This document shows, in pieces, positions 50,671-60,361 of a stretch of DNA of 64,000 bases. The stretch is from NCBI GenBank assembly GCA_030693205.1, contig JAUYBG010000010.1:2059-66058 (forward strand), given 5' to 3'. This DNA comes from a bacterium. Its GTDB lineage: Bacteria > Patescibacteriota > Minisyncoccia > JAHIHE01. Below the pieces are notes generated by a model. The model was not told the DNA's origin, did not search any database, and saw only the letters and a list, made by a program, of their open reading frames with translations. A program made the translations under genes and the position numbers. Within the stretch, counting starts at the first letter, position 1. Every line of letters begins with the position of its first letter.

Positions 50671-50865
50671 AGGGCTTTTTAGCGCAAAAAATAGCATTGA
50701 ATATTTCGTTGTTCTATGCTATGTTTAATAGCGACAAGTAGTATTGTTATATCATAATTTGGCGAGGAAGACAAGTTTAAATGATATATAAAGATATTTT
50801 CGCATAATGACGAGTTAGGCGAAATTCATTTTTGGCCTAAACAAAATAATAAATAACTAAACACT

Positions 50866-51309
50866 ATGATTATCATTCACATCCTAATATCAATAGTATT
50901 CTACTTTATTTTAATGTATCTAAGCATAAATCTGTTAGGGCTGCTCGCGAGAGGATTCTTTACCAATCCAGAAATCGATAAATTAAAAACTGAAACTAAA
51001 CATGATTTTATTAAAGAGGAAATTAAAAAATCTGAACGTGCCGATAAATTGCTTAATGTAATCGCGTTTTTGGCAATTATTGGTTATCTTTATGCCACAT
51101 TTCATTTTTGGAATATAGGAGTTACTGCTGTTGCATTAGTATTGATGTTAGTAAGACTCCCTGCTTTGCTTTGGGAAATAAAAACAGGGCAACATCTTAA
51201 TCGTGTTGCTTCAGCTTTATCGATGCCCAAAAACGCTTTATATTACATCACCACTTTTTTAACTTTCGCAGCCCTACCAGCTTTATATTATTCCTTGTAT
51301 CGTTTTTAA
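50866..51309 (+). CDS. Hypothetical membrane protein (147 aa, 4 TM), AT-rich
   Basis: Hydrophobic helices. Low GC. Confidence 0.5.
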   Translation: MIIIHILISIVFYFILMYLSINLLGLLARGFFTNPEIDKLKTETKHDFIKEEIKKSERADKLLNVIAFLAIIGYLYATFHFWNIGVTAVALVLMLVRLPALLWEIKTGQHLNRVASALSMPKNALYYITTFLTFAALPALYYSLYRF

Positions 51310-51315
51310 AATAAA

Positions 51316-51909
51316 ATGATAATTTATTACAATAGTAAAGAAGAAAAATTACTTAAACAGCTCGAAAAAATGCACAGCAGTTCACAAAAAATTAACCTTA
51401 ACAATTCTATTGGTGAACTTAAATGTATTTTACTAGATAAGCCACATTATTTAACGAGTGTTCAAGTGAACAGGGACGGACTGCTCGGTTCATTAAGAAG
51501 GATTGAATGCGCTTATCGTTGGTGTGAAAAAGCGCCGTTAAATTACGAAGGATCTGACAAAAGAGAAGCGTTAACATTAGTTTTTTTTCATAATTCAAAA
51601 TGTTTCATAGAAATTTTAAAAAAGTGTTTTATAAAATTTAGTTCAAATAAAAAAAATAAAAAAGTATTTCATGAAATTACAACAATAAGAGATCTTTTTG
51701 CTCATTCATACGAAAAAGATTTTTTTGGAAAGAAAACTTTTATAAGAATTAATATTAATCATCAGTTTAACAAAGGTCTTTTTGAGTTAGAAGTTTTTAA
51801 TTTTGATACTTCAAAAAAAATATATGGGATATTTTTTTCTCTTTCAGTTTTTTTATCAGAGATAGAGGAATTAGTTAAAGAATTAATTAATCATATAAAG
51901 AAAAATTAG
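51316..51909 (+). CDS. Hypothetical protein (197 aa), AT-rich
   Basis: ORF only. Confidence 0.45.
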   Translation: MIIYYNSKEEKLLKQLEKMHSSSQKINLNNSIGELKCILLDKPHYLTSVQVNRDGLLGSLRRIECAYRWCEKAPLNYEGSDKREALTLVFFHNSKCFIEILKKCFIKFSSNKKNKKVFHEITTIRDLFAHSYEKDFFGKKTFIRININHQFNKGLFELEVFNFDTSKKIYGIFFSLSVFLSEIEELVKELINHIKKN

Positions 51910-51929
51910 ATGAGTTAATAAAGTCTATT

Positions 51930-52763
51930 ATGAACATAAAAACCCAAACCGCAAAAATCGCGATTTTTCAAAAAAAAGAAATTCGTAAAGTTATTTATAA
52001 AAACGAATGGTGGTTTGTAATTACTGATATTATTGTAGCGTTGACTGATTCTATTCAGCCGGAAGGATATATAAAAGATATGCGCCGCCGAGACGAAGAA
52101 CTTTCCAAAGGGTGGGGGCAAATTGCCACCCCCCTTAAGATACTTACAAAAGGCGGTTTGCAAAATATGAATTGCGCCAATACTGAAGGTATTTTCCGCA
52201 TAATTCAATCAATTCCTTCCCCTAAAGCCGAGCCATTCAAGCGTTGGCTGGCCAGAGTCGGTTATGAACGGGTAAAAGAAATCGAAGATCCGGAACTGGC
52301 CACCAAAAGAACCCGCGCGCTTTATAAAGCCAAAGGATATTCCAATGCATGGATCGAGAAAAGAATGCGCGGCATCGAAGTCCGCGAAACTTTGACCGAT
52401 GAATGGAACAAGCGGGGCGTAAAAGAAGGGCAGGAATACGCGATTTTAACCGCTGAAATTTCCCAAGCGGCTTTTGGAATGACGCCAAGCGAATACCAGA
52501 AATTCAAAGGCTTAAAAAGAGAGAATTTGCGGGATCATATGGATGATTTGGAATTGATATTTACCATGCTTGGCGAAGCTTCAACCACTGAAATCGCCAA
52601 GAATAAAAACGCTCAAGGTTTTGTCGAAAATAAAGTTGCCGCCATAAAAGGTGGAAGCGTGGCTGGCAAAGCGCGAAAAGATTTGGAGAAAAAAAGCGGC
52701 AAAAAAGTTTCAACTAAAGAAAATTATTTATTAAAAGCGGAAGATAAAAAAAGATTAAAATAA
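51930..52763 (+). CDS. Bro-N domain protein (phage antirepressor-like) with a KilA-C/DinD-like C-terminal region
   Basis: Matches Bro-N: NEWWFVITDIIVAL... resembles the PWFVAKDVAEAL-type segment, and KAEPFKRWLARV resembles EAKAFKRWV... Confidence 0.65.
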   Translation: MNIKTQTAKIAIFQKKEIRKVIYKNEWWFVITDIIVALTDSIQPEGYIKDMRRRDEELSKGWGQIATPLKILTKGGLQNMNCANTEGIFRIIQSIPSPKAEPFKRWLARVGYERVKEIEDPELATKRTRALYKAKGYSNAWIEKRMRGIEVRETLTDEWNKRGVKEGQEYAILTAEISQAAFGMTPSEYQKFKGLKRENLRDHMDDLELIFTMLGEASTTEIAKNKNAQGFVENKVAAIKGGSVAGKARKDLEKKSGKKVSTKENYLLKAEDKKRLK

Positions 52764-52824
52764 ACCAAAACAAAAATCGAGGTTTAACCCTCGATTTTAA
52801 AATATCTATATAAATTTTATGCGG

Positions 52825-53142
52825 TTAGACTTTCGCTTCAGTAACCGGTTCGGTTTTAGCTTTCGCAACTTCCGGTTTTTTAGCTTCAACTTTTTCAGCT
52901 TTCTTGCCGGTTTTTGCTTTTTTGGCTTTCGCTACTTTTGGTTTTTTCTTAGCCATTAATTTCTGGAATCTTTCAACTCGTCCGGTAGTATCAATGAGTT
53001 TCTTCTTGCCGGTATAGAACGGATGGCAAGATGAGCAAATTTCCACCAAAAGTTCCGGTTTGGTCGACATGGTTTCGAAGCTCGCTCCGCAAGCGCATTT
53101 TGCTATTGATTTGATATACTTAGGATGAATTTTCGGTTTCAT
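52825..53142 (-). CDS. rpmE: 50S ribosomal protein L31 (zinc-binding form) with a Lys/Ala-rich C-terminal tail
   Basis: MKPKIHPKY...CACG...[11 protein letters not shown]. Start trimmed from the ORF-track 53193 to the MKPKIHP ATG. Confidence 0.88.
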   Translation of the reverse strand: MKPKIHPKYIKSIAKCACGASFETMSTKPELLVEICSSCHPFYTGKKKLIDTTGRVERFQKLMAKKKPKVAKAKKAKTGKKAEKVEAKKPEVAKAKTEPVTEAKV

Positions 53143-53341
53143 AGAAATAGGTCTTAATTTAAATAGATTATAACAATAAAAGCATTCTAGCACGGAATAA
53201 GATTCTTGACAAGAGGGAGGTGATAAGCTATTATATGTATATTGTAAATTATTAATTTTTAACGATTAACCCATAGCTTAGATACGATATAGCTATTTTC
53301 ATATACTATATGTACTATCCTGAAATACAGCGATAGAAAGG

Positions 53342-54034
53342 GTGGGTAGAAAGAAAAAACTTATGGAAATGTTAAAAGCGGGAGTTCATTTTGGACACAA
53401 GACTACGAAATGGAGTCCGAAAATGGCGCCTTTTATTTTTGGCGTGAGAAACGATACTCATATTATCGATTTGGAAAAAACCATTATTAAGCTCAATGAA
53501 GCTCTGGTTTTTGTCAAAAAACTTGCAAAAAACAACGGCGTAATTATTTTTGTGGGAACAAAAAAGCAGGCAAAAGCCTATATCAAAGAAGTTGCCATAA
53601 AGGCGAATATGCCTTATGTTGCTGACCGCTGGATCGGCGGCTTGTTGACCAATTTTTCGATAATTTCCAAACAGATCAGGCTAATGGAGCAATTGGAAGC
53701 GGATATGAAAAGCGGCGCTTTGGATAAATATACCAAGAAAGAAAGAGTGATGATAGAAAAGAAAATAAAAAAATTAAACCAGAAATTCGGCGGATTGAGA
53801 TTGCTCAAGAAATTGCCGGACGCGGTATTTGTGACCGATATCAACGAAGACAGGATTGCGGTCAATGAAGCGAGGGATAAAAATATTCCGATCATTGCCT
53901 TGGCTGATACAAACGTGGATCCCGGTTTAGTAACTTATCCGATCCCGGCCAATGACGACGCGCTGAGTTCGATCAAAGTGATCGTGAATAAGATCGTGGA
54001 AGAATATGAAGCCAACAAGCCGGCAAAAAAGTAA
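53342..54034 (+). CDS. rpsB: 30S ribosomal protein S2. The true start may be the downstream MEMLKAG.
   Basis: MLKAGVHFGHKTTKWSPKM...ADRWIGGLLTNF. Confidence 0.93.
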   Translation: MGRKKKLMEMLKAGVHFGHKTTKWSPKMAPFIFGVRNDTHIIDLEKTIIKLNEALVFVKKLAKNNGVIIFVGTKKQAKAYIKEVAIKANMPYVADRWIGGLLTNFSIISKQIRLMEQLEADMKSGALDKYTKKERVMIEKKIKKLNQKFGGLRLLKKLPDAVFVTDINEDRIAVNEARDKNIPIIALADTNVDPGLVTYPIPANDDALSSIKVIVNKIVEEYEANKPAKK

Positions 54035-54054
54035 AATAAATTTTACGGATATTT

Positions 54055-54140
54055 TTTGATTTAAGATTTACGATTTAAGATTTACGAATGAATGAATTAA
54101 TTATATTCATAAATTATAAATCATATTTCATAAATCGTTT
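54055..54140. repeat. GATTTA/TAAATC inverted-repeat hairpin element, copy 5, in the rpsB-tsf spacer
   Basis: tgatttaagatttacgatttaagatttacgaatg ... cataaattataaatcatatttcataaatcg. Confidence 0.6.
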
Positions 54141-54146
54141 ACAATC

Positions 54147-54737
54147 ATGGAAGACGCAAAAAAATTAAAAGAATTAAGAGCGGAGACGGGCGCGAGCATT
54201 TTGGATTGCCGAAACGTGCTCTCGGAAATGAAAGGCGATATGGAAAAAGCGAAAAAGATCCTGGCTGAAAAAGGAAAGAGCAAGATCGGCAAAAAAGCCG
54301 GACGCGCGACGGGAGAAGGCGTGATCACTTCGTATATTCACAGCAACAAAAAGATCGGGGCTCTGGTGGAGCTTAGTTGTGAGACCGATTTTGTGGCTAA
54401 CAATGAACAGTTCTTGCAATTGGCTCATGATATCGCGATGCATATTGCCGCGTCCGAACCTCTGTGCGTGGATAATCCGGAAGCGGATCCCGCGATCGCC
54501 AAGATGATCGAGGAAGAAAGAAAAAAAGCCATGGAAGAATTCAAAAGCAAGCCTAAGGCAATGATCGAGAATATTGTCGCCGGAAAGATCAAGAAATTTT
54601 CTGACAGCATAACCTTGGTCAAGCAACCATATATCAAAGATCCGGAAAAAACGATCGGCGATCTTCTCGGAGAAGCGATAGCGAAATTGGGAGAGAATGT
54701 CAAAGTCAAAAGATTTTGCAAATTCAAAATTGATTAA
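54147..54737 (+). CDS. tsf: Elongation factor Ts (short form)
   Basis: LRAETGASILDCRNVL UBA-like N-terminus, and ALVELSCETDFVA. Confidence 0.92.
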   Translation: MEDAKKLKELRAETGASILDCRNVLSEMKGDMEKAKKILAEKGKSKIGKKAGRATGEGVITSYIHSNKKIGALVELSCETDFVANNEQFLQLAHDIAMHIAASEPLCVDNPEADPAIAKMIEEERKKAMEEFKSKPKAMIENIVAGKIKKFSDSITLVKQPYIKDPEKTIGDLLGEAIAKLGENVKVKRFCKFKID

Positions 54738-54784
54738 ATAGATTTAATGATTTCGAGAAAGGCGATTACCCTTTATCGGGTTAT

Positions 54785-55609
54785 TTGTTTTTTATGATCG
54801 GACGAATTAAAATATATCCTTGGGAAAAAGAGATCGAGATCGATTTGGGCAATTGCAATCTGAAAAAAGGCGATTACGTGATCATTAAGAACGCTGAAAC
54901 GGAAGATGAAATGGAGGCGGTGCAGATCTTGGACGCGAAAGAAAGCGCGGATAGCGCTTCGAGACTGTCGAAATCAGCCGTTATGGTTAAAATTGCGGCC
55001 GCCAGCGATATTAGCGCGGTGAACAATTATAATTCAAAAAAAGAGGAAGCGCTGAACTTTGCCAAAAAACAAGCGAAAAAAAATGATCTGGACATCAAAT
55101 TTATCGATGTTCAGTATAATTATGACGGTTCGCGGATCACGTTCGGATTTGTCGCTTCGCAAAGAATTGATTTCAGGGAGCTGGTGAAATCTCTCTCAAG
55201 GCATTTTCAGAAATCGATCAAGATGGTGCAGGTCGGATCTCGCGACGAAGCCAGGAATTTCGGAGGAGTGGGCGGATGCGGAAGGCGATTATGCTGCGCG
55301 AGTTTTTTGAAAAAAATAGAAAGTGTCACTCTGAATGACGCGAAAATTCAGCGCATGGATCAGCGCGGCTCGGCTCGGCTCAGCGGGATTTGTGGAAGGT
55401 TGAAGTGCTGTCTGGCCTTTGAATCGAAAACCTACGAAGAGCTGAACGCGAGTATGCCTTTTATGAACAAAGAAGTGGAAACGAGAAAAGGCAAAGGAAA
55501 AGTGGTCGATATCTATGTTCTTGAGAAGAGAGTAAAAGTTCTACATGCCGACGGCACTTATGATTTTTTTGAAATCGACGAGGTCAAATTAATTGAAAAA
55601 AAGAAGTAA
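54785..55609 (+). CDS. PSP1-domain protein (RicT/YaaT-like)
   Basis: C-terminal Cys motifs GGCGRRLCCASF and CGRLKCCLAFE typical of the PSP1 C-terminal domain. Confidence 0.75.
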   Translation: MFFMIGRIKIYPWEKEIEIDLGNCNLKKGDYVIIKNAETEDEMEAVQILDAKESADSASRLSKSAVMVKIAAASDISAVNNYNSKKEEALNFAKKQAKKNDLDIKFIDVQYNYDGSRITFGFVASQRIDFRELVKSLSRHFQKSIKMVQVGSRDEARNFGGVGGCGRRLCCASFLKKIESVTLNDAKIQRMDQRGSARLSGICGRLKCCLAFESKTYEELNASMPFMNKEVETRKGKGKVVDIYVLEKRVKVLHADGTYDFFEIDEVKLIEKKK

Positions 55610-55617
55610 TTTAGCTT

Positions 55618-56346
55618 ATGATCTACGATGTTTTTTTGCCATTTATAATAATTTTTTCTATTTTCAGCATCATCATAATTTTGGCGCGGAAAATACCGGA
55701 TATTTCTCTGGAGACCGAACCGAAAAAAGACTGGCTTAGCGAGAAAGCGAAAAAGCAGCACAGAACGACGGTTATATTCTGCCGGGCGCTGTCGATCTCA
55801 GAAAAAACTTTGAGGCAATTGAGAATACATATTCTGAAGCTGGACGCTAAAATTTTCAGCTTGATCCAGTATTTGCGAAAAAAATCCGCGAAAAAACTGG
55901 AAGACCTCAATACGCTGTCCTATAAAACTTTCACTCCTGCGGTTGAGAAGAAGGCGGATAAGCCTCAATTTTCGCCGAAGCCGGCAGTTCAAGTCGTCGA
56001 AAGGGATATTTTGCCGGTAGCTCCGGCGCAGGCAGCACCTCTTGTCGTTAAAACTTCAGTTCCGCCGAAAAATACGTCGAAAACCGATAAGGCGCTCGGA
56101 TACGCTAATAAGATCTCAGCAAAACTTCAGTATAAAATAGAGGAAAGAAAGCTGTTGCATATTATCGCCAAGAGCCCTAAAAATGCCGAAAACTATAAAA
56201 AACTGGGGATGCTTTATTATAAGAATGAAAATTATCTAGATACTGAAGCGGCTTTTATCGAATATTTAAAATTAAATCCTTCCGATGGTGAAATCAGGAA
56301 AATAATGGAAAAAGTTGCTCATAAAAATAGGGAAAAAAAATCTTGA
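55618..56346 (+). CDS. Membrane-anchored protein with a C-terminal TPR-like repeat
   Basis: N-terminal TM. NYKKLGMLYYKNENYLDTEAAFIEYLKLNPSD resembles a TPR unit. Confidence 0.5.
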   Translation: MIYDVFLPFIIIFSIFSIIIILARKIPDISLETEPKKDWLSEKAKKQHRTTVIFCRALSISEKTLRQLRIHILKLDAKIFSLIQYLRKKSAKKLEDLNTLSYKTFTPAVEKKADKPQFSPKPAVQVVERDILPVAPAQAAPLVVKTSVPPKNTSKTDKALGYANKISAKLQYKIEERKLLHIIAKSPKNAENYKKLGMLYYKNENYLDTEAAFIEYLKLNPSDGEIRKIMEKVAHKNREKKS

Positions 56347-56486
56347 TCTCGGTTTGAATGTTTGTGTTTATGCCGATGTAGCTTCCTCCTTCGCTTGGAT
56401 ATTAATCCGAGCTTCGGAAGGATAAGCAGTGAAATTAATAAAATTATTAGCACTTCGTAGCTCTGGTTATTACCAGAGAGAAGTAG

Positions 56487-56558
56487 TGCCGATGTAGCTC
56501 AGTGGTAGAGCAACTGTTTTGTAAACAGTAGGTCGTCGGTTCAAATCCGACCATCGGC
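56487..56558 (+). tRNA. tRNA-Thr (anticodon TGT)
   Basis: Cloverleaf folded by hand. GCCGATG acceptor, GCTC/GAGC D-stem, ACTGT/ACAGT anticodon stem with loop TTTGTAA, and GTCGG-TTCAAAT-CCGAC T-arm. No encoded CCA. Confidence 0.85.
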
Positions 56559-56560
56559 TC

Positions 56561-56643
56561 CGGGCGGATACCGAAGTAGTCAAACGGGGCAGACTGTAAA
56601 TCTGCTGACCTAGGTCTTCGATGGTGCAAATCCATCTCCGCCC
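56561..56643 (+). tRNA. tRNA-Tyr (anticodon GTA) with a long variable arm
   Basis: GGGCGGA acceptor, anticodon loop CTGTAAA, long variable arm, and GATGG-TGCAAAT-CCATC T-arm. Confidence 0.85.
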
Positions 56644-56676
56644 ACAGATAGATTTTGGTTATTGAAAGCATAGTAG

Positions 56677-56749
56677 TGCCGTTGTAGCTCAGTTGGCAGA
56701 GCAATTCCTTGGTAAGGAGTAGGTCTCGGGTTCGAGTCCCGACAACGGC
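56677..56749 (+). tRNA. tRNA-Thr (anticodon GGT)
   Basis: GCCGTTG acceptor, anticodon loop TTGGTAA, and TCGGG-TTCGAGT-CCCGA T-arm. Confidence 0.85.
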
Positions 56750-56937
56750 TCAAGAAAATACTGCCTTCCGGGGCAGTATTTAAAATTTATGGCAATCTTT
56801 AAAACGGACGAAAAGTCATTGATGAATTCGAAATAAGCTAAGATAAGGGAAAATATGGAATTTGCCGCGTAACCCTTGATAAAATATTTAGTTTGTGGTA
56901 AAGTTAAGATAATAATAGCTATTGAACAAAACTCTTA

Positions 56938-57543
56938 ATGGGCGGCGCCAAAGAGGGTTTTCTGTTTTGGCATAGAAAATTTAAAAAAGGAAAATGCACA
57001 CCGCGAATCGTTCCAAATAATTTAATGAAGAACTTTTTAATAAAAATTATCGCAGTTTCAATTATTGGATCTTTGGCGGGAGGGTCGCTGTTTTATCTTT
57101 GGAAAAATAAATACGCATTTTCCAAAGATCAGATCATAATCGAAGAAGACCTGAGCAATAAAATTGAAAAAAAAGATTCGCAAAAAATGGAAGACGACAA
57201 GAAAATTTCCGACGGAATAGCCGCGATAATCAATTATGTGGAAAAGAATATTAACAAGATTTCTCCTGAAAAGCCGGCCAGCGGATTAACTTGGCGTTCC
57301 GTGAAAATTTGGTTTATCGATGATAAGAATTTTTATGTGGATTACAATGATGAAGTACTGAATGCCAGAAGAGTCTTGATGTCCCAATCAGTTTCGGGAC
57401 CGGCGGCGGAGTATAAGGTTCTGGGATTTTTTATTCCGGGGGAAAATGGCTGGATATTGAAATCAGGCAAAGATATCGGAGGGGCGACATCTCTTAAATT
57501 ATACGAGAAGAACGAGACAAGCAGCGAATGGATAATTAAATAA
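56938..57543 (+). CDS. Hypothetical membrane-anchored protein. The likely start is 57025 (MKNFLIK).
   Basis: ORF with an N-terminal TM after the internal Met. Confidence 0.45.
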   Translation: MGGAKEGFLFWHRKFKKGKCTPRIVPNNLMKNFLIKIIAVSIIGSLAGGSLFYLWKNKYAFSKDQIIIEEDLSNKIEKKDSQKMEDDKKISDGIAAIINYVEKNINKISPEKPASGLTWRSVKIWFIDDKNFYVDYNDEVLNARRVLMSQSVSGPAAEYKVLGFFIPGENGWILKSGKDIGGATSLKLYEKNETSSEWIIK

Positions 57544-57559
57544 TTATTAAATAAAGATT

Positions 57560-57715
57560 ATGTCACAAGAAAGACTAACAAAGATGAAATGCACGGTTTG
57601 CAAAAAAATCGGATATTTTACTTTTAAAAGCAAAGAAGCGGCGAAAGAAAAATTAGAATTGAACAAGTTCTGCAAATTTTGCCGAAAACATACTCCGCAC
57701 AAAGAATCCAAGTAA
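57560..57715 (+). CDS. rpmG: 50S ribosomal protein L33 (51 aa, zinc ribbon). It is absent from the ORF track because it is shorter than 60 aa.
   Basis: Translation MSQERLTKMKCTVCKKIGYFTFKSKEAAKEKLELNKFCKFCRKHTPHKESK has the CxxC...CxxC motif and sits in the classic rpmG-tRNA-Trp-secE-nusG context. Confidence 0.8.
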   Translation: MSQERLTKMKCTVCKKIGYFTFKSKEAAKEKLELNKFCKFCRKHTPHKESK

Positions 57716-57752
57716 TTTCGTTTGGCGCTAAAAAGGTTTACGCAACCTTTTT

Positions 57753-57823
57753 AGGAGTGTAATTCAGTGGCAGAATGCCGGTCTCCAAAACCGGATACGG
57801 GGGTTCGATTCCCTCCACTCCTG
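57753..57823 (+). tRNA. tRNA-Trp (anticodon CCA)
   Basis: AGGAGTG acceptor, CCGGT-CTCCAAA-ACCGG anticodon arm, and GGGGG-TTCGATT-CCCTC T-arm. Confidence 0.85.
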
Positions 57824-57925
57824 CTAGAAAAAAAAGGGGGGGGGTGAGGGAGAGAACTGGGAAAGGGATCGGCAAACCAAGAAGATAATTTTTTATCAAC
57901 TAAATAGCGCGGTCTAATTAAATAT

Positions 57926-58645
57926 ATGGCAGAGAAATTAAAAAATATTCCAAACCATATTGCTTTTATACCTGATGGCAACCGCCGATGGGCCGCGAAT
58001 CATATGATGGAAGTTTGGAAAGGGCACGATAAAGGAACTTCAGTCGTTAAAGAGATGATCAAAGAAGCGGTCAGGATGAAAATTCCACATTTTTCTTTTT
58101 GGGGTTCTTCTCTGGACAATATTGCCAAGCGCTCAAAAGAAGAAGTTTCATATTTGTTTAAAATATTTAAAAATAATTTTACAGACCTGGCAAAAGACAA
58201 AGACATCCATCAGAACAAGATCAGGGTGAATGTTTTCGGCCGATGGCGTGAATTGTTTCCCGAAGATGTTAAGAAAGCGATTGAACACGCGATAGAGGTG
58301 ACCAAAGAATACAATGAACATTTTTTTAATGTTTTTCTGGCATATAGCGGAATTGATGAAATGGAAGAGGCGGTCAGAAAAATATCGGAAGAAGCGATAA
58401 AAAATCCGAAAATAAAAATTACGGTTGAAACGATTAAAAACTATCTTTTTACCAGGCAATTGCCGAAGGTTGATTATTTGATACGAACCGGAGGAGATCC
58501 TCATTTGTCGGGGGGGTTTATGATGTGGGAAACTGCGGACACTCAGTTGTATTTTTTGGATAAATATTGGCCGGATTTTACGGTGGAAGATTTTCGCACG
58601 GCGATTGAGGAATATGGCAGGCGGCAAAGAAAATTTGGCGCATAA
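57926..58645 (+). CDS. uppS: Undecaprenyl-diphosphate synthase (cis-prenyltransferase)
   Basis: HIAFIPDGNRRWA and the conserved cis-IPPS regions. Confidence 0.9.
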   Translation: MAEKLKNIPNHIAFIPDGNRRWAANHMMEVWKGHDKGTSVVKEMIKEAVRMKIPHFSFWGSSLDNIAKRSKEEVSYLFKIFKNNFTDLAKDKDIHQNKIRVNVFGRWRELFPEDVKKAIEHAIEVTKEYNEHFFNVFLAYSGIDEMEEAVRKISEEAIKNPKIKITVETIKNYLFTRQLPKVDYLIRTGGDPHLSGGFMMWETADTQLYFLDKYWPDFTVEDFRTAIEEYGRRQRKFGA

Positions 58646-58661
58646 ATATTTTAACGACCAT

Positions 58662-59288
58662 ATGAACTCATCAAAACAATTAATTGATGATCTGATCAAT
58701 GAAGGGTATCTTATGACCCCGCGCATCATTGATGCGTTTAGAAAAATAGATCGCGCGGATTTCGTGCCGGAAGAATCAAAGTCGGAAGCTTATGTTAATG
58801 CCCCTTTGCCTATCGGATACGGACAGACGATCTCTCAGCCACTGACAGTGGCTTTTATGTTGGAATTGTTAAAACCGGAAAAAGGGGATAAAATACTGGA
58901 TATCGGTTCGGGATCCGGCTGGCAGACCGCGCTTTTGGCCGAGATTGTGGGCGCAAGCGGCCAGGTATTCGGACTTGAGATCATCAAAGCGCTTAAAGAA
59001 TTCGGGAAAAAAAACGTTGCCAAGTATGGTTTTATCGAAAAAGGAATCGCAAAGATCATTCCCGTTAATGGCTCCATAGGATTCGAAAAAGAAGCGCCTT
59101 TTGACAAGATCATCGTCGGAGCTATGTCATCCATCGCGCCCAAAACTTTTTTGGGGCAACTGAAGATCGGAGGCCGTCTCGTGATACCATACGCGGGGAG
59201 CGTGTGGCTTCTCGTAAAAAAATCGGAAAAAGAATTTGAAGAATATGAATATCCGGGATTCGTTTTTGTGCCGCTAGTTGCTAAGTAA
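58662..59288 (+). CDS. pcm: Protein-L-isoaspartate O-methyltransferase
   Basis: ISQPLTVAFMLELL, ILDIGSGSGWQTA and VGA motifs. Start moved to the first ATG after the uppS stop. Confidence 0.85.
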   Translation: MNSSKQLIDDLINEGYLMTPRIIDAFRKIDRADFVPEESKSEAYVNAPLPIGYGQTISQPLTVAFMLELLKPEKGDKILDIGSGSGWQTALLAEIVGASGQVFGLEIIKALKEFGKKNVAKYGFIEKGIAKIIPVNGSIGFEKEAPFDKIIVGAMSSIAPKTFLGQLKIGGRLVIPYAGSVWLLVKKSEKEFEEYEYPGFVFVPLVAK

Positions 59289-59315
59289 TTTAAGGATTTT
59301 GCTTTATTATTCATT

Positions 59316-60347
59316 ATGTCTATACAGAAAATTAATTTTATTATAATAATTTTATTATTTGCTTCGGCGGCAATAACTGCCGGCATGTATTTTTATGTCG
59401 CGGATCAAGTTGAAAAGCCCGTCGAGAAAATAGGTTTTTACAGGAATTTTATAATTTCAACAGGCGAAAGCGCCAGGCAAATCGGCGAGAATTTAGCCAA
59501 GGAAGGCCTTATCAAAGATTCTTTTTATTTTAAATTCTATCTTTGGAAATCGGGACTGAAAAGTTCGATCAAGGCCGGCGAGTATAATTTGTCTTCGGCG
59601 ATGAACATTCCCGGAATCGTGGATATCATTTCAAAAGGAAAAATTGTCGAGAAGGAAGCCACCGTTTTTATCCCTGAAGGGCTTACCAGCGCGGAAATAG
59701 AAGAAATTTTTGTTGAAAATGATTTATTAAAAAAAGGCCAGCTTGAAGAGGCTGTACAGGAAAAAAATTTAAAAAGGTATTATAAATATGATTTTTTGCT
59801 TGATAAGCCGAAAGGCGCGAGCTTGGAAGGATATCTTTTTCCCGATACTTACATTTTTTACAAAAAAACGACTTCGGAGGAAATTATCGAAAAAATCCTT
59901 AATAATTTTGACAAGAAAGTTGATTTGGAAATGCGAGCCGAAATAGCCAGGCAGGGCAAAACAATTTTTGAAGTCTTGACTCTCGCTTCGATCGTACAGG
60001 AAGAGGCCAACGGCGCCAGCGATATGAAGATTGTCGCGGGGATTTTTCAAAATCGCCTGGCTATGGGGAAAGCCCTGGAAGCCGATTCAACAATAAACTT
60101 TATTACCAAAAAGAATATGTCTCAGGCGCTTTATTCGGATCTGGAAATTTCTTCGCCGTATAATACTTACAAAAATATCGGATTGCCTCCGGGACCCATA
60201 GATAATCCCGGACTTGATGCGGTAAGAGCCGTAATTTGGCCGAAAAAGACTTCTTATCTGTATTTTTTGCACGCTCCGGACGGAAAGGCTTATTATGGCA
60301 ATACTTATGAGGAACATTTAAAAAATCGGGCAAAATATCTTAATTAA
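59316..60347 (+). CDS. mltG: Endolytic murein transglycosylase MltG (YceG-like)
   Basis: N-terminal TM, LASIVQEEA and GLPPGPI signature motifs. Confidence 0.88.
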   Translation: MSIQKINFIIIILLFASAAITAGMYFYVADQVEKPVEKIGFYRNFIISTGESARQIGENLAKEGLIKDSFYFKFYLWKSGLKSSIKAGEYNLSSAMNIPGIVDIISKGKIVEKEATVFIPEGLTSAEIEEIFVENDLLKKGQLEEAVQEKNLKRYYKYDFLLDKPKGASLEGYLFPDTYIFYKKTTSEEIIEKILNNFDKKVDLEMRAEIARQGKTIFEVLTLASIVQEEANGASDMKIVAGIFQNRLAMGKALEADSTINFITKKNMSQALYSDLEISSPYNTYKNIGLPPGPIDNPGLDAVRAVIWPKKTSYLYFLHAPDGKAYYGNTYEEHLKNRAKYLN

Positions 60348-60361
60348 AATAACGCGGAAAA

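Noticed and set aside
56447-57981. ORFs 56447..56704 (minus) and 57751..57981 (minus)
   Set aside because: They overlap the tRNA-Thr/Tyr array and tRNA-Trp respectively and are artefacts.
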